DNA of 60,111 bases, counting the filler, from Basidioascus undulatus (lineage: Eukaryota): NCBI GenBank assembly GCA_000826855.1. It is 3 parts of 3 records of this genome, joined end to end, with 100 filler letters (N's around TTAATTAATTAA, not from the genome) between each part and the next. Parts side by side here need not be neighbours in the genome. Positions count along the whole stretch, not along the records: positions 20,078 to 40,053 come from JTLS01000388.1; positions 40,154 to 60,111 come from JTLS01000389.1; 1 more part is not named here. One strand, 5' to 3'. This document shows, piece by piece, positions 25,910 to 40,211 of the stretch. The notes below the pieces were generated by a model. The model searched no databases. It was not told the origin of the DNA and worked only from the letters and a program-made list of their open reading frames with translations. Every line of letters starts with the position of its first letter. Positions within the stretch are counted from its first letter, which is position 1. The position numbers and the translations under genes are program-made.

Positions 25910-27100
25910 TCACGACGTCAACCACGCCGTCGCCTTCTTGCGCTTCTTCTGCACTCGCTGCTCCCGGAATTGTTGCTGTCAAACACAGCCACCCCGCGAA
26001 GAGTCAGCTTGCGCGGTCTTCTGCAGCGGTTGTTGTGATTGAGACGCACCAACTCCTTCTTTGACAACTGGCGCTTGCTCCCCGCACTGCCCTCCGCCTC
26101 CGCCTGCAGCCGCTTCTCAATGTCGTCCTGCCGCTCCGCCTCATAGCTCGACAAATCATAGTAAAATGCTGTTCCACCAGTCACAGTCGCGCATCAGCTC
26201 AGCTCCCGCCCTTCTTCTTACACAGGTAATGCCCACTCACACTGCTGCCTCCGTCCACGCTCATACTCGCTCACATGGTCCGGCGTGAGGTTCGGGTTGC
26301 GCGCGAACGCGCCCGTGCGCGCATTGAACCGCGCCGTGGCGAGCCCGCCGGGCGTGCGCTGCGCCGCGGGGAGGAGGTACGCGAGCGCCGGGTCGACGCC
26401 CTCCGCTTCGGGCGGGACATACGCCGAGGTGGACGGCTCGAGAGGGGCTTGTTTTTCAGCTGAGGGAGCGGCGGGCGCGGAGGGGGGGGCGGCGGGGGCT
26501 TTGGTCGGGTCGAGAGGGTTCTCCCAGGCTGAGCGAGAGAAGGGGGAGGGTGAGATGAGTTGGAAGAAGGTTAAATGGGGCAAAGGGAGACGTACTGGTC
26601 TGCCCCGTTTGGGTGTTGTAGAAGTAGTACGCGTTCGCCTCGGGCGAGAAGATGGCCGTCCAGCCCCCGGCACCGGCGAGCGGCGCAGCGGCAGCAGGGA
26701 GAGGCGGCGCAGGCTCGTCCGGAAGAGGCGGCGGCGCGTCGTCGCCTTCTCTCGGCTCAGGAGAGAGCGTGGGCTGCCGCGGCGCAGAGAGGTCCTCCGG
26801 CCGAGGAGGGATCCACTCGGCTTGCTCGCCCTCGCCCTCGCCCTCGCCCTCGTCCTCAACCTCATCTTCATCGTCCTCCTCATCATCCTCCGCACCCTCC
26901 TCCTCCTTGGACTCCACCGCCCGACCCTTGCCCTTGTCCCCGCCTTCGGGAACAGGTACGGCAGAATCCTCATCCTCCTTGGGCGCGTCCTCGGCGCCAG
27001 CCGCGCCGCCGGTGACGGTGCCGTCGACGGGGAGCGCATCAGCGCCTGTGGAGGACTCATCGCCGAGATAGGGGGCGGGGTTCTGTAGCGATGCGGACAT
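25910..27100 (-). CDS. Conserved fungal WW-domain protein with acidic N-terminus and basic C-terminus
   Basis: WW domain GGWTAIFSPEANAYYFYNTQTGQT|.WENP, followed by ARFNARTGAF...HVSEYERGRRQ and C-terminal SKKEL|QQFREQRVQKKRKKATAWLTS*. Confidence 0.8.
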
Positions 27101-27524
27101 GGTGGGTAGCTGAAATGGGTTGTGGTGAATTGGAGAAGGTAGCAGGGCAAGCAAGGTGGAAAGTGAGATTACTGGCGGACTTTGTCCGGGGACTATCCTC
27201 GGTCAGTCAACAGTTGTCCGTCGGCATTGCCAAACCAGCGTACTGCAATCTGCACAAGATTATTATTCTCCTTTGCTTTAGTGAACTCGATAATAATTGT
27301 TGATTGTCCGAACTCTACTGAAAGCCGAAGCGAGGCATCCTGCGAGCGAAACACGCAGCGGTCTCGACGCGTGGCAGCGGACGTCCCGACGCGCCTGGCT
27401 GCCTGGCCCTGCAGCCAGATCTCACCACTGCAGCTTGCCTCGCAACCATCACCGCGCGCGCTGCTACAGCCAACACACTCTCCCTTTCCGATCCTTCACC
27501 TTCCTTATTATTAAAGCTGCAACA

Positions 27525-29087
<1,563 letters not shown>

Positions 29088-29339
29088 ACTGGAGGAGTGT
29101 GACGCGACTTTATCTATACTTTTTCTTCTTTTCCTAGTTTATATTCGTGAGAGCTACTTTCCCTTGTCATCCTGGTTTGACTAGAACATGATTGCTCGTT
29201 TTGGTATTTTGCATTCGTCTTTTACCGGTATGCGAGAAGGGCTGTTGCGTGCGCGGAGTCGCGTCGCTGCTCTAGCGTTCGTGTGTTCAATCAGATTCCT
29301 AGGCTGGCCGTCGCAGGCCCTGTCAATGAACCGCATGCA

Positions 29340-30526
29340 ATATATGCCTACCGAGTCATTTCAAGCAATCCACGTTCGCCTCAACGACAGAGTCCAGCTC
29401 CATCCACGGCCTGACTCCCGCCACTCACTGCACACCCTGCTGGGCAGCGGCAGCCTTCTCCAGCGCCGCCAACGCCGCGTCAGTTTGCGCCGTCAGCGGG
29501 TCGCCCGGCACCAGAGACGTTTTGATCTCCTGGATGTTGGTAGTCGCCTCCTCGAGGGCAGTCTCTTGACTGTAAGAAGAATTTCAGACTGCACTCTGTC
29601 GGAAGGCAAAAAAGTGAGAAGAAGACTTACCGGCCGGGCAACGCCCGTCGCATCACTGAACAGGACCGGCGCGATCTCCTCCGTAGAAACACCCTTCAGG
29701 CGATACATGACGGTCTGGACGCGGTGCTCGGACACCTTCACGGCGTTGCCCGGTCCTGATCTCGACGTGGGCCACGAGTGCTGCACGAGTGAGCGGACAA
29801 GGCCTTCGAGACTATTTCAAACATTGCCGGTGGGAACGTGTACACAAACGTCCGGGGACGCCGTGAAGAGGCGCACCCGTTGCGAGTGATGAACCCTGTT
29901 TTGACAGAGGTTTCTCCCGTTTTTGCCAATGGACGACCCTGAGCGGAGATTTTAAGTCTTAACGGGCAATGTTCTAAAGACCAACATCACTTGGCCTGTC
30001 AATTACCAGCGCTGGCATTAGACGGCGAAAGCTGCTTACAGACCACCGACGTATCAAAACTTCTCATCGAATGGAGCGAAGAGGCGAGGAAGGACCTCGT
30101 ATACAAGGCCGAAGATACCTGTTTCCGTGTCAGAATCGGCGTTCACCGGTAGGTAACTTGAAAGTTGGCTTGGTAGGTAACGTGGAGATAGCGTGTCTGC
30201 GCGACTGTGGTCCGCTTCTTGTCGACTTCTTCCGCCTCCAGGCCGACGAGCTTGGTGAAATGCGTGTTCAGTATGCGCGCTGTCATAAAGAGCCTGACTC
30301 CCATGGCCGAGCGTAGCTATCATGCATTACCTGCCATTAACCCGGCCAAGCTGCCTCCCGCGACGACCGCCGTGCCCTCGAGCTTAGCGCCCCGGCGCGG
30401 GGTCTCAGCGGGCATGGCCAGAGGCGTGGCAGTGGTTTTCTCGTGGGTCCTTCTCTCCAGAAGAGGGCGGACGAGGAAGAAAGCAATGGTTGAAGCAAAG
30501 AGCAGCGTGGCGATGAACGCGAGCAT
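29340..30526 (-). pseudogene. Degenerate FAD-dependent oxidoreductase fragment
   Basis: N-terminal TM helix, then AVVAGGSLAGLMA (dinucleotide-binding), and later LFSDATG. The intervening frames are broken and no C-terminal half is visible. Confidence 0.5.
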
Positions 30527-31250
30527 AGTCGCTGTCGGTTGCAGTGGCGGACAGCAACATTAGATGCAGGCGGTATGCTCATTTAAAACTGAGTAAGAAA
30601 GTCACGGGTTTTTCACGGCGATTGGCACGGCTTAACGCGGAAGGCGGAGGAGCGGGGGAGGCGGTGCAGTTCTGGAAGGGCCGCCTACGCCGAGGCGGAC
30701 AGCTGGAAAGGTGCTGCGTCCTCCAATCACGACCACCGGGAGAGAGACCTCAAAAAGAAGTTTTAAATCTTAGACACTTCTGGCAGTATAGAAACGGTGT
30801 AGATTGCGAGCGGCTTGCCTTTGCAAGAGCTCGACTGTTTCGTTGACTGCCAGCAGCTGTGAGCTCTCTGGAATCTGCTGAGCTTTGGCGCGGTGGGGAC
30901 AATACATTGCAGCCTAAATTATAGCAAGAGGGTCACTAACACTTACTTGGAAAGCATGCCTTGGAGCGCCATGCAGTACAAGGGAGAGCTTTTGCAGGTT
31001 GACTCGACTGCAGAGTCAGTCGCAGTGTCAGCTACTCATCTCGCTGTCCACACTAACGGACTTATGCAGTACCGATCTTCATATCCCTAGAAACCTGAAG
31101 AAAAGGGTCACAACATGACCTCTTTGTGATTCTGCACATAAGTCACGGGGGTTTGACTGTCAGCAGTCCTGCACAGGCCGACCTCGCAGAGCTCTGTGCT
31201 TCTCGGAACCAATTTCGCTTGGCCTCCACTGCAGCAAACCATAAAAATGG

Positions 31251-31323
31251 TGGACATTCCCGGAATTGAACCGGGGACCCCCTCAATGCGAATGAGATGT
31301 GATAGCCCCTACACCAAATGCCC
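31251..31323 (-). tRNA. tRNA-Ala(CGC), intronless
   Basis: Acceptor GGGCATT/AATGTCC with the G3:U70 alanine identity pair; anticodon arm TCTCA-TT CGC AT-TGAGG; T arm CCCGG-TTCAATT-CCGGG; followed by CCA and T5. Confidence 0.93.
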
Positions 31324-31499
31324 CTGCCATGCAAAACCAGAATGATTTATATCTTATGAAAGCAAGCATGTGGGCATAAAGGGCTACGAACGTGATGATC
31401 TCGACCATGAACTAAGAGCTAGTACATTCTTCGGTGGGTAATGGTAGGATCGGGTTGTACTCCTTTCGAGTTCAGCTCACCGTAAAGAAAGCAATGGAG

Positions 31500-32494
31500 G
31501 GGAGGCCCTGCCTCAGACCTTCACGGGCATCGAAAGCGCAGACCGTAGTTTTCAACTGGATTGATAGTAAGTTGTAGCCATAGGGGGCATGAAGAACACG
31601 CTGGTCGCCTTGAGCGCTGCCTTGCGCACTGCTCGATACGGGCTTAGGCAACAAGGCTGCTGTGAAGGCTCACTACAGCCACACCTCTCCGACGACATCA
31701 AGAAGACTGTCATCAAGGTCAAAAAACAAGTTGGTGATTTTCTTCGATGACTCGTCAACAATTGTCGTAAGACTGATTGATAATTTGGAGATCAACGATA
31801 GTTGCACTTCGGTCAGCAGTATGGCGCCTCATTGACGACGTGCGGATCTATGGGGTTTTGTGAACACCTGGACCTCAACCTGTATGGTTCCTCAAATTTC
31901 TACTTGTAACCTCTCGATGACCGATAAAGCGAGAGGGTGAGTCAGATGCCAGGGCAAGAAAGAGCACACAGCTAGCATAAGGTGATGCAGCCAAAGATGA
32001 AATATGGTAAGGGCCGAAGGCTGTGTGCGTGGGGGGTGGTTCCGGTCGGCTCGCTCAGCAGCTCTCCCGACCTGTAAACCCTGCGAGAGGCTGCTCACGA
32101 CAACGACGACAAAAGATCCGGGAACGATAGTCGGTCGCCTAAGCTCGTAGGTCTTCTGTATACCCCTTAACCATGTCAGCGCGTTAGATGAAGAGCCACG
32201 TGATTCCGACTGACCTTCCCCGTTGTGCCAGCTGGCGCGGTCAGGCAGAGCTGGTAGAGTCCTGGTGCGAGATACTTCCTTTCGGCCTTCGAGGGGAGAG
32301 GTGCAGGGAACTCGAAGATGTCTGGCAGATCACCGAGCGTGAGACACTTGGTCGAAAGAAAACGGTCCAGCTGGGCCTCGGGCACGCGTAAGCCGCACGC
32401 CCACCACAGACGCAAGCGATCGACAGCACACCATCAGGATAAGGTCGTCAGGTAGCGCGAGATTAATGCGCCAAATGAACGGGGAATACGCCAT
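31500..32494 (-). pseudogene. Degenerate F-box/LRR-like gene
   Basis: MAYSPFIWRINLALPDDLILMV is F-box-like. Frameshifts and stops follow, with later LRR-like fragments (LSVIERLQVEI). The 3' boundary is approximate. Confidence 0.4.
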
Positions 32495-34437
32495 GGTAAA
32501 GGTCAAATACGGAAAGCGCGGTATGGGAAGCAGGAGTTTGTGAGGATGATGGGGTACGGCGGCAACGTGCGGGCCGCCCGAATTTTGCTCGTTGGCGTGT
32601 ACGGTGTACGGCGGTCAGTCATACGCATCAGCGTCGCCAAAGGACGCGAGCACGACCAAGGGTACCGCCTAAAATTTTTATAGCAGCTCGGACATCCTAG
32701 ACCTTTCCGAGTTAGCTTTCGGATGATTGCGTGCGCGATGGACTGCAGACTGCAGGTCGCTAACACACTCCGGTCGTGGCGTTACGGGTCCTTCTCAGGC
32801 GCACCAGCCCTGGCAAATGGAACATGTAAATTTCTTTGGGAAGCTCTTTGAGAATTGGAAGGTACCCGTATCGGTATTTGCAGTTGGTTGCATTTCGAAG
32901 CTGAAGCAGTCGAAGAAGTCTGGCCTGCTCTGCTCGTCCAAGTTATTTCGGTCGCGTTAGTTGAAAGTGATGAATCTCTTATCTAGAAGTTAGCAGTACG
33001 CCTGTCCAGCTGATGGTATTTGAGGATAGTCAGCGCCGCAGAGCCGGTACGTTGAGCATGCCGGCTGGTGCGTCGGTGCTTGGATGGTTCGTTGCATTTC
33101 TGAGCATGCGAATCCTCGTCCTGCTCACAGTGGGTCATTATCAGCTAATTAAAAAGCGCTTTGTTGTACAGACCCTTCACATGCCCAACAACGCTACAGG
33201 ACTTCTGTCTGCTTACGGAAAAGCTACCCCCAGTCACGTCGCAAGGACGACCTCTCTCGTCCATCTGCAAGTTTTCAATCAGTCGTAGGGACACAGGGCT
33301 TTTATATCTAAAACCAAATTCCCTTTTTTTCCTTTGTGTCCAGAGCGCATGCCCAACGTCGCGGCCTTGTTGCCTTCATGATCCTTCATCATTTTCAAGC
33401 GAGAGTATCCTCTCGACACCGTGATCATGTATCTGAAAGAATGAGACCTGGTTGTGTGTATACAATAAACGGACTAACAATTGTTCGCAATCGGCCTTCT
33501 TTACAGCCATTTGCAAAAATCAGGTCCTCCCGCGCACTGAGTACGAGATTCTTTGTCTTTACCTGCCGAATTTTGGGGGGCTCTACGGCCGCCATCTCTC
33601 TGTCTTGACTTCAAAATTAAATGAAAGAGTGATCTTTATGTTGCTTCAAGGGCACCAAATGCTCGCTTTGCTTTCATATAAAGAATGAGATCCACTCCTG
33701 TGAAGGGAAGAAGCCAAGTTGCTGCATAAGCAAGATTTGTCAGCACAGTCAATTTTCATCCTTGAATGCTCTACTTTCAACAGTGCATGTTGATATTCTG
33801 ACCCTTCGGTGCCCGCAACATTATCTCATAGAACATGTTGTAATAAATGCTTGAGTCAAAGCACGAGGAAATCGCTGCCATAGAGCTCCCCAAAGTTTGG
33901 CAGAGCAGCCTCAAAACAAAGTGTCAGTTTGCTCGAGGGGACCTGGTTTTTTGCAAATGGCTGTACTGTCCTTACGTATTCGACTTCCGCTTCAGCGGCA
34001 GCCTGTCGAGGTAGCCGGCACCCAAGAGCACCATTGGGGTGTCAGCCTGCGAACGACATCATGTGTCAAAGAGAAATTGTTTCTTGCGACACGTCGGTGC
34101 TTTGCGCGCACCGGAGCGCTTGGCAACAACGCGCCAAGAAACTCATCCTGCCAAAAATGCACAGCAGACCGAAGAGATGAATGATCATTGAAGTGCAAGA
34201 GGAGAGAGAAGCTGTACATAGAGAAAGTTATGATCTCAGCGGAGCAATCGAACGTCGTAGGTGGACCAAGAACGAAAAGGGTGAAAGAAGATCAGGGAAG
34301 AGCATGATGACGAGCGCGAGTGAGCGACGAAAAATTGAAACGGAACGCTATACTGAGTGTCCAACCCAGCGTCTTCAAGGTAGGGTCGGAGTGCGCCGTC
34401 CAGCCTGTCAGAGCCATCCGACGCGCCCCGACCCTTC

Positions 34438-35703
34438 TCATCCATCCCCGCGGCCCCAGCCGCGAAGCCACTCCAAGCTCGCCGATCCGCCGAACGCGCC
34501 GAGGACGCACTCGGAGCACATCTCCCAGTCTGCGCCCGTCGCAGAGCACACGAGCGCGTGCGTGAGCGGGTGCTTCACGACGCGGTGCGGCGGAGGCGGC
34601 GGCGCGAAGGCCTCGAAGTCGAATGTGGAGGTGGGGAAGAGATGGTCGAGTGTCGCTGTGGTGGGGAGAGTGAAAGGCTGTGCGGCGAGCGTGGTGGGGA
34701 GCGCGGAGGTGGACTCGGCCGCGCTGAAGTTGTCGGGCAGGGTGAGAGACAGTGGGAGAGCGGTAGGGGATGGGTCCAGCGCAGGTGTGGGAAGAGTTAG
34801 CGGGGCCGCAGGTGCGCGATTGGGCGTTTTCAGTGACAAGGATGTGAAGGCGGTGGCGGAGGACGTTGAGGTGGAGGTGAGGCCGGGGATGTTCGAGGGA
34901 GAGACGGAAGCCTGCGATGCCGATCGTTGGCGTTTGACGACCCGGTTCGAGGACTCGCTACCGGTCACCGAGGACGACGCGCGCTTGCGGGAGGAGCTGG
35001 AAGAGAAGGAGACGGTCGAGGATGGGCTGGCGGTGTTGCAGGGCGAAGGCGGCGCCTGCGCCTCGTGCGGTTGTTGGAGGGACGGCACCGGCAGTGCGGG
35101 GAGAATCTCGTTTACTGCGCGTCCGGGCCAGAGGCGCGAGACGATGCTCTGGAGGGCGAGAAGGTCTTCTGCCGCGGATGGTTGGGTTGGGGCGGGCGTC
35201 GGGAGGGAGGGTGGCGTGGGCGGAGAGCTGACGGAGGTGGAGGAGGGCGAAGGCGCAGAAGAGATGGAGGAGGATGAGGCACCTGAGTGGCGACCAAAGC
35301 GTTTTAGTTGGGAGTTTTGCGCTGGAGCTGCGGGAATCTCACGATCAGGAGATGCTGCTTCGCGCGACGCCTGCGACTTGGGCGAGCAGATGCACCTTGC
35401 CCTGGACTTGCGCTGTTTGCGCAGCGGGCGACATGTCTGAGTGTACCACCGCGTCTGTAAGCTCGACGACGACGACAGACGAATATGAAGTCTTTTCAGA
35501 AGCGCACCTCGCATTGCGAGGCTGGGCGGCCCTTGGGCCTGATCTCGGTTAACGGTCGATCGGAGTGAGTACATTTGCTTGTGCGGTGGCCGGTGATGCA
35601 CGTCTTGCACGCCAACTTCCTTCCGTTGCTGGAGGGAATTTCCGCTTAGCTCCAAAAACATCAACATCGGGTAAAAGGAACAAGGAACGAACATGTACAC
35701 CAT
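34438..35703 (-). CDS. Copper-fist DNA-binding transcription factor (Ace1/Mac1/Haa1 family)
   Basis: Spliced N-terminus MVYI|NGRKLACKTCITGHRTSKCTHSDRPLTEIRPKGRPASQCE|TCRPLRKQRKSRARCIC is the canonical copper fist (AC..CI.GHR...C.H.DRPL..I..KGRP..QC..CR). A long Ser/Pro-rich region follows. Confidence 0.92.
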   Translation of the reverse strand: MVYMFVPCSFYPMLMFLELSGNSLQQRKEVGVQDVHHRPPHKQMYSLRSTVNRDQAQGPPSLAMRGALLKRLHIRLSSSSSLQTRWYTQTCRPLRKQRKSRARCICSPKSQASREAASPDREIPAAPAQNSQLKRFGRHSGASSSSISSAPSPSSTSVSSPPTPPSLPTPAPTQPSAAEDLLALQSIVSRLWPGRAVNEILPALPVPSLQQPHEAQAPPSPCNTASPSSTVSFSSSSSRKRASSSVTGSESSNRVVKRQRSASQASVSPSNIPGLTSTSTSSATAFTSLSLKTPNRAPAAPLTLPTPALDPSPTALPLSLTLPDNFSAAESTSALPTTLAAQPFTLPTTATLDHLFPTSTFDFEAFAPPPPPHRVVKHPLTHALVCSATGADWEMCSECVLGAFGGSASLEWLRGWGRGDG

Positions 35704-36549
35704 CCGCAGGGGGCGGGCTGCGATGGAGGTTGAAGAGGTGGTGATGCGTCGGTAGTCCTGGACGGTTGCGGTTTTCGAAGAGACTGCAGCGCCCAGGAAA
35801 TAGTTTTACTGGATTTTTGGACTACAAATATAGCGCATCAGCACCTACACAACCCATTGATGGAGGAACTCTGCCACAAGAGTACGCACTGCACGAGACG
35901 AAGACTGGCTTCGTAACGCTTATAGCGCGGGGGCGACCCCATCGTGGGCAACAGTGAAGGCGTCCCTGCATCCGGAGTTGTCAGTGTGGGCGCCGGTTGA
36001 ACAAATAATTCGCAGAAGAACCCACAGGGCTGTAAGATTGCTGGGTGGGAGTGTTGATGGTCAACGGTCAAGGGGCACGCGAGCGCATCGGTGAGATGTC
36101 GTGCGGGTGCAGGCCGAAGCGTCAGCTGGAGCTTGTCAGCCGAGACTACAGCCCTTGGCAGCTGCCGTGCGCGATTTTCTGTACGGTCCACGTGCGCCGT
36201 CGTATCTTCACTCAACTTCACGGCTTTTTTCTTTCGCACTTTGCACGCGGTTCATGTAAAAATATCTTCCGAAGGCGTCAGTCTTGTCCATCTGACCGAA
36301 CAATGATGATGAAGGGGGGGCTCTAAAGGCGATGGAAACATTCATTGTCTCGTTCCAGGACGCCCTTTCGGTACGGGTTTAACTCGATTAAAGGGGTATT
36401 GATTTGAATCTGATCCTCCTGCAGTACAATCGCCAAGCAAGAGTTGTGGTTGACGACGGTGCAGCGACAGCCTGTCAGAAGCGAATGGAAACTCAAGCAC
36501 AAGCACAAGGCAGAATGTGGCCGCACTACTGCGTTGCTTTAAAGCGACG

Positions 36550-38631
36550 AAGACAAAATGAAATGCTGTGAGTTGCACGTCTGACATATCACCACCAGAT
36601 AACCTCCGAACTTGGATCCCTCGCAGTAAAGCCCAGAAAGCCAGACGTGAAGAACCCCCCGCCCGGCAGCGCGACGTACCCATCGCGCCTCTCCAGCCGC
36701 ACATCTAGAACAAGGCGCGTTACAGGCTCGGACTCCTCATATTCGTCCTCTCGACGACATCCGAGCCATTCGAGGTCCTTCAGCTTCTCGCACGCGAGTG
36801 CCGTCAGCTCCTTGCGCAAAACCGGCCGGGCCTCGCGCGCGCAGCTAAGGGCTACCAGCCAGTGATTGTTGTCATACTTCTTAGTCATCCGAGATTTACT
36901 GGTCGGATGAGGTTAGATCGGCGTACGCGAAAGCAGAGCGATAGGACGAGTGGTTCGTTCGTGCGGAGATATACGCGTCGAAGCGATGGTAGCGTCGAGA
37001 GTAAATTGATCAAAGGAGCCTGAGGGAGTGAATGATATCAGAAGCGTAAATCAACACGCACACTGTGGGACCACCCGATTGGCTGGTAGCTTCTGTATTT
37101 GAGTATCTCCAGCCGCCTTTGAAGCTCCCCAATTCTGGAAATGTCACGGTCGTTCGCGAAATCTCCTGTCACTCGCACGTCGAGATGGCGAAGAAAATGC
37201 GGTTAGGAAGCGTGTCGAGCATCGCAAGGAGCTCGTGGGGACGGAGGGAATGACCGTCTAAATACAGGAATCGAGGGAACGAGCAGTTTAAAGAAAGAAA
37301 GATGACCGTGATAACAATACATTTGAAGGCTCTCGAGACGATGGTGTGCTGCAAAGAACGCCGCCCACGATGTCGGATTCAACAGCCAGCCCTCCTCGTC
37401 AGCGTAGCACCTGAGCCTTTCAACTTCGGAAGCGGACTGAGTAAGAGCCTAGCCAGATCTGGGGTCCCGAAGACCTCCACCAACGTCAGCGGCGGCGCTG
37501 CCGCTGCGATGAGTCGAACCAGGCCGCGCACGTCGTCTTTGGGAGAGGCCATGCCGACAACGAGCTCCTCCACGCCTTCGCAGAATATTATGCCAACCGG
37601 CAATCCATCTCGGCACACGCTGTTCAGATCGAGAGAGATGAGCGAGCGAAATGCTGCAACGGCGTCTGTGAGTGGCGCAAGGTTGGGCCTTGGAAGGGCC
37701 GCCAAGAGCCCGCAGAGTGAGATGCTCGAGGTTCGGGAAAGCGAGAATCACCGCCGCAGCACAGCTTTCGATAGAGTCGAACGAGCTGGGAAGCGTGGGG
37801 TTGTGGCCGACTGGGATGAGCAGTTTGAGGCGTCTATGAACTCGGAGCAATGATTAGCAGTCCTTGGCCTGAACGGGAGCACAGCGAGCGACGAACCGGA
37901 CTTATGTTGCGCACATCACCTGCCCTCGACAATGCTCTTCAAGGCCATGTGCTGAGAGCCGTACAAGACGCCGAGAGTGAAGCTTTAGAAGGTGTAGGGC
38001 CGAGCCACTCCCGAGACTCGCGACAGACGAGCGCGAGCGATTTCAGGCTCGACAGTGTGCAGAAGCTGGCAACGTTTGAAAGCAGCGCGTTTGCAAGGTG
38101 CACGAGATACTGAGGCCTGCATTTTGGTTTCAGTATCCAGCCGTACAGCCTTCCCATCTCCACCAGCCAGTGTTCCCTGCAGGTTAGCCTGGTCCTCCCC
38201 TCACTGCGCCCAGACGCGAAAGCCAACCCAGGCTTCAGGTCCGCAACGAAGTACCGCTGTACCGCCCCCTCCTCGAGCATGGTCTGATCATCATCCCGCG
38301 CGAGCAGCGCCCCATCCAAGTAGCGCCCGAGCGTCCACTGCTCGGGACGCGCATTGTCCACCTCGTTGTCCCGCTCGACATATAGCCCCAGCGCGGCGAT
38401 CAGCTTCTGAGGCATCCAGATTGGGGTTTCGGGCTGCCAGAACGCTATAGACACAGCATCTTTAAAAACAAAGAGAATATAAACGACGGCAATGCACTGC
38501 GAATAAGCACCTCCGACGTGGAGAAGCTTGCCGGACGGGGTCGTGATGAGGTCGATATTGCGAGTGTGCTTCAAGAACAAGCGGATTCGGACATCTCCCT
38601 CCTTGGGGGAGAAATGAGGGGAGGAAGGCAT
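36550..38631 (-). CDS. Hypothetical F-box/LRR-like protein, probably disrupted
   Basis: TLSSLKSLALVCRESREWL (F-box C-terminal-like), FPNLEHLTL and FRSLISLDL lie in different frames. Splicing could not be resolved by eye. Confidence 0.4.
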
Positions 38632-39475
38632 GACGATGAAGTCTTTGTCAGAGTGGTGGGGAAGAAGAGGATGGGAGGAACGAGAGCGCTGACAACTGCG
38701 TTGCATGCAACAACAACAGCAAACACGCTCACACGTGATGTCTGCCCTTCAATTCGCCAAACAACTAATACAACAGAACAAAAGGTTTATGAGTATATGG
38801 GACGAAAATTCTGAAGATAAAGCTGTAGGAAGGCAGAACGCTGGAGACTGTCGTTGTGTGGTGTGTTTTCGAATCAACGAGGAAGGGACTGGGACCTCGG
38901 AATGTGAATCTGGGTGCCCGATGGGTTTCAAACTGGTGCATAGGATCTTGAAGAATTGTTTTCTTGACATTCTGAGAAGAGGGACCCCTGGGCTCGGTGC
39001 TTGGGAGTGAACGACGGACGACCGGACCAAGCAAGAGGTAAGGCCGACATGTTCTCTTCACGGACGTTCGATAGGGTGCTTACGCTGTTATGCAAAGTTG
39101 AACTCGGAAAATACTTTGGAACAGGGGTAAAAGCCCCTTTGGCTGCCAGTGCGCAGTTAGGTCGGTTTATGACTGTGAAGTGTGAACCGAAAACCGCCGT
39201 GCCCACAGGCGGACATGGAAGTGCTGCATCTGCTGGGCTTTCTGACGTGCGCGCGCTTTACTTCTTAAAACCCGAATTGATACTGGAGCGAGCGAGAGAA
39301 CGCCGCACCGCGACACCGCTGAAAATATTCACAGCCCACTGCGCCTCATTTGTCGCTGTCGTCGTCCGCAGCCCTGCCAGCCGAGCCCCAGCTCCGTCAT
39401 GTATTTTCGGCCTCTCCTTCCACTGCCTGAACGTCTTCAGAGCATGGCCTTCTCATCTCCTGCCCATCGACCACG

Positions 39476-40053
39476 ATGAGCTCCTCCCCAGCACCGGCGT
39501 ACGCGTCCTGCCCATCCTCACCTCCCAGCACTGGGCTCCTCAGCAAAGCCGGGCGCCTGTCCCTGCCCCTCCCCGCTGCCGCCTCGGCAGCAGCACAGTG
39601 CGCGTGCCCCCGCCTGACGAGGCGAGTACTTCTTGGATTTGTTGTTCTCGCTTGGTGCGCTTGGGCGCTCTGGGGGGCGCGAGATCGGTGCTGCGATCCT
39701 CCCACCCAGCTCGAAAGCGAGCCCGAAACCTCCCCCTCACCTTCCGCCACCGTGCCCCCGCCGCCCGATCTCGCCGCGCGGCTCGAAGCGCACCTCGCCC
39801 TGCCCGCGCTCACGCACGCCGAAGCGTACCCCGCCAACGCCGCAGCGTGCCCGGAGGCGGTGCACGATGCGCTGGTAAACCAGGACCAGCTCAGGGGAAA
39901 CCGCGCGGGGTGGGAAGCGCTGGGGGCGGAGGAGGTGAGGGCTGCAAGGGAGGGGGTGGTGCGGCACTTGTGGGAGCTTGGGGAGCGGGCTGTTTGGAGA
40001 GAGGGGGAGGAGGGGATGGGTGAGGGGAGGGGGGGCGTCATGACTGCTGGGAA
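39476..40053 (+). CDS. Glycosyltransferase family 71 (Mnn2/Mnn1-like alpha-mannosyltransferase), 5' part only
   Basis: Type II membrane anchor (RRVLLGFVVLAWCAWALW), a stem region, then GEGRGGVMTAG, resembling the GT71 GrGIVxtaG motif. Truncated by the linker. Confidence 0.65.
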
Positions 40054-40153
40054 NNNNNNNNNNNNNNNNNNNNNNNNNNNNNNNNNNNNNNNNNNNNTTA
40101 ATTAATTAANNNNNNNNNNNNNNNNNNNNNNNNNNNNNNNNNNNNNNNNNNNN
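40054..40153. other. Artificial contig linker N44-TTAATTAATTAA-N44
   Basis: Identical to 19978-20077. Confidence 0.97.
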
Positions 40154-40211
40154 GGAGGGGGGAGGTGGAGAAGAGACGCTGCGTGGGGAGGGGGACGCGG
40201 GGAGGACGCAT
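40154..40211 (-). CDS. 5' end of a truncated gene, possibly with a mitochondrial presequence
   Basis: MRPPRVPLPTQRLFSTSPL has no acidic residues and an RxFSTS-like motif. It runs into the linker. Confidence 0.35.

Noticed and set aside
34181..35440. Long antisense ORFs (for example 419 aa here, 3771-4589, 42412-43380, 26285-27088)
   Set aside because: They are shadows of GC-rich real genes on the opposite strand, with no recognisable motifs.
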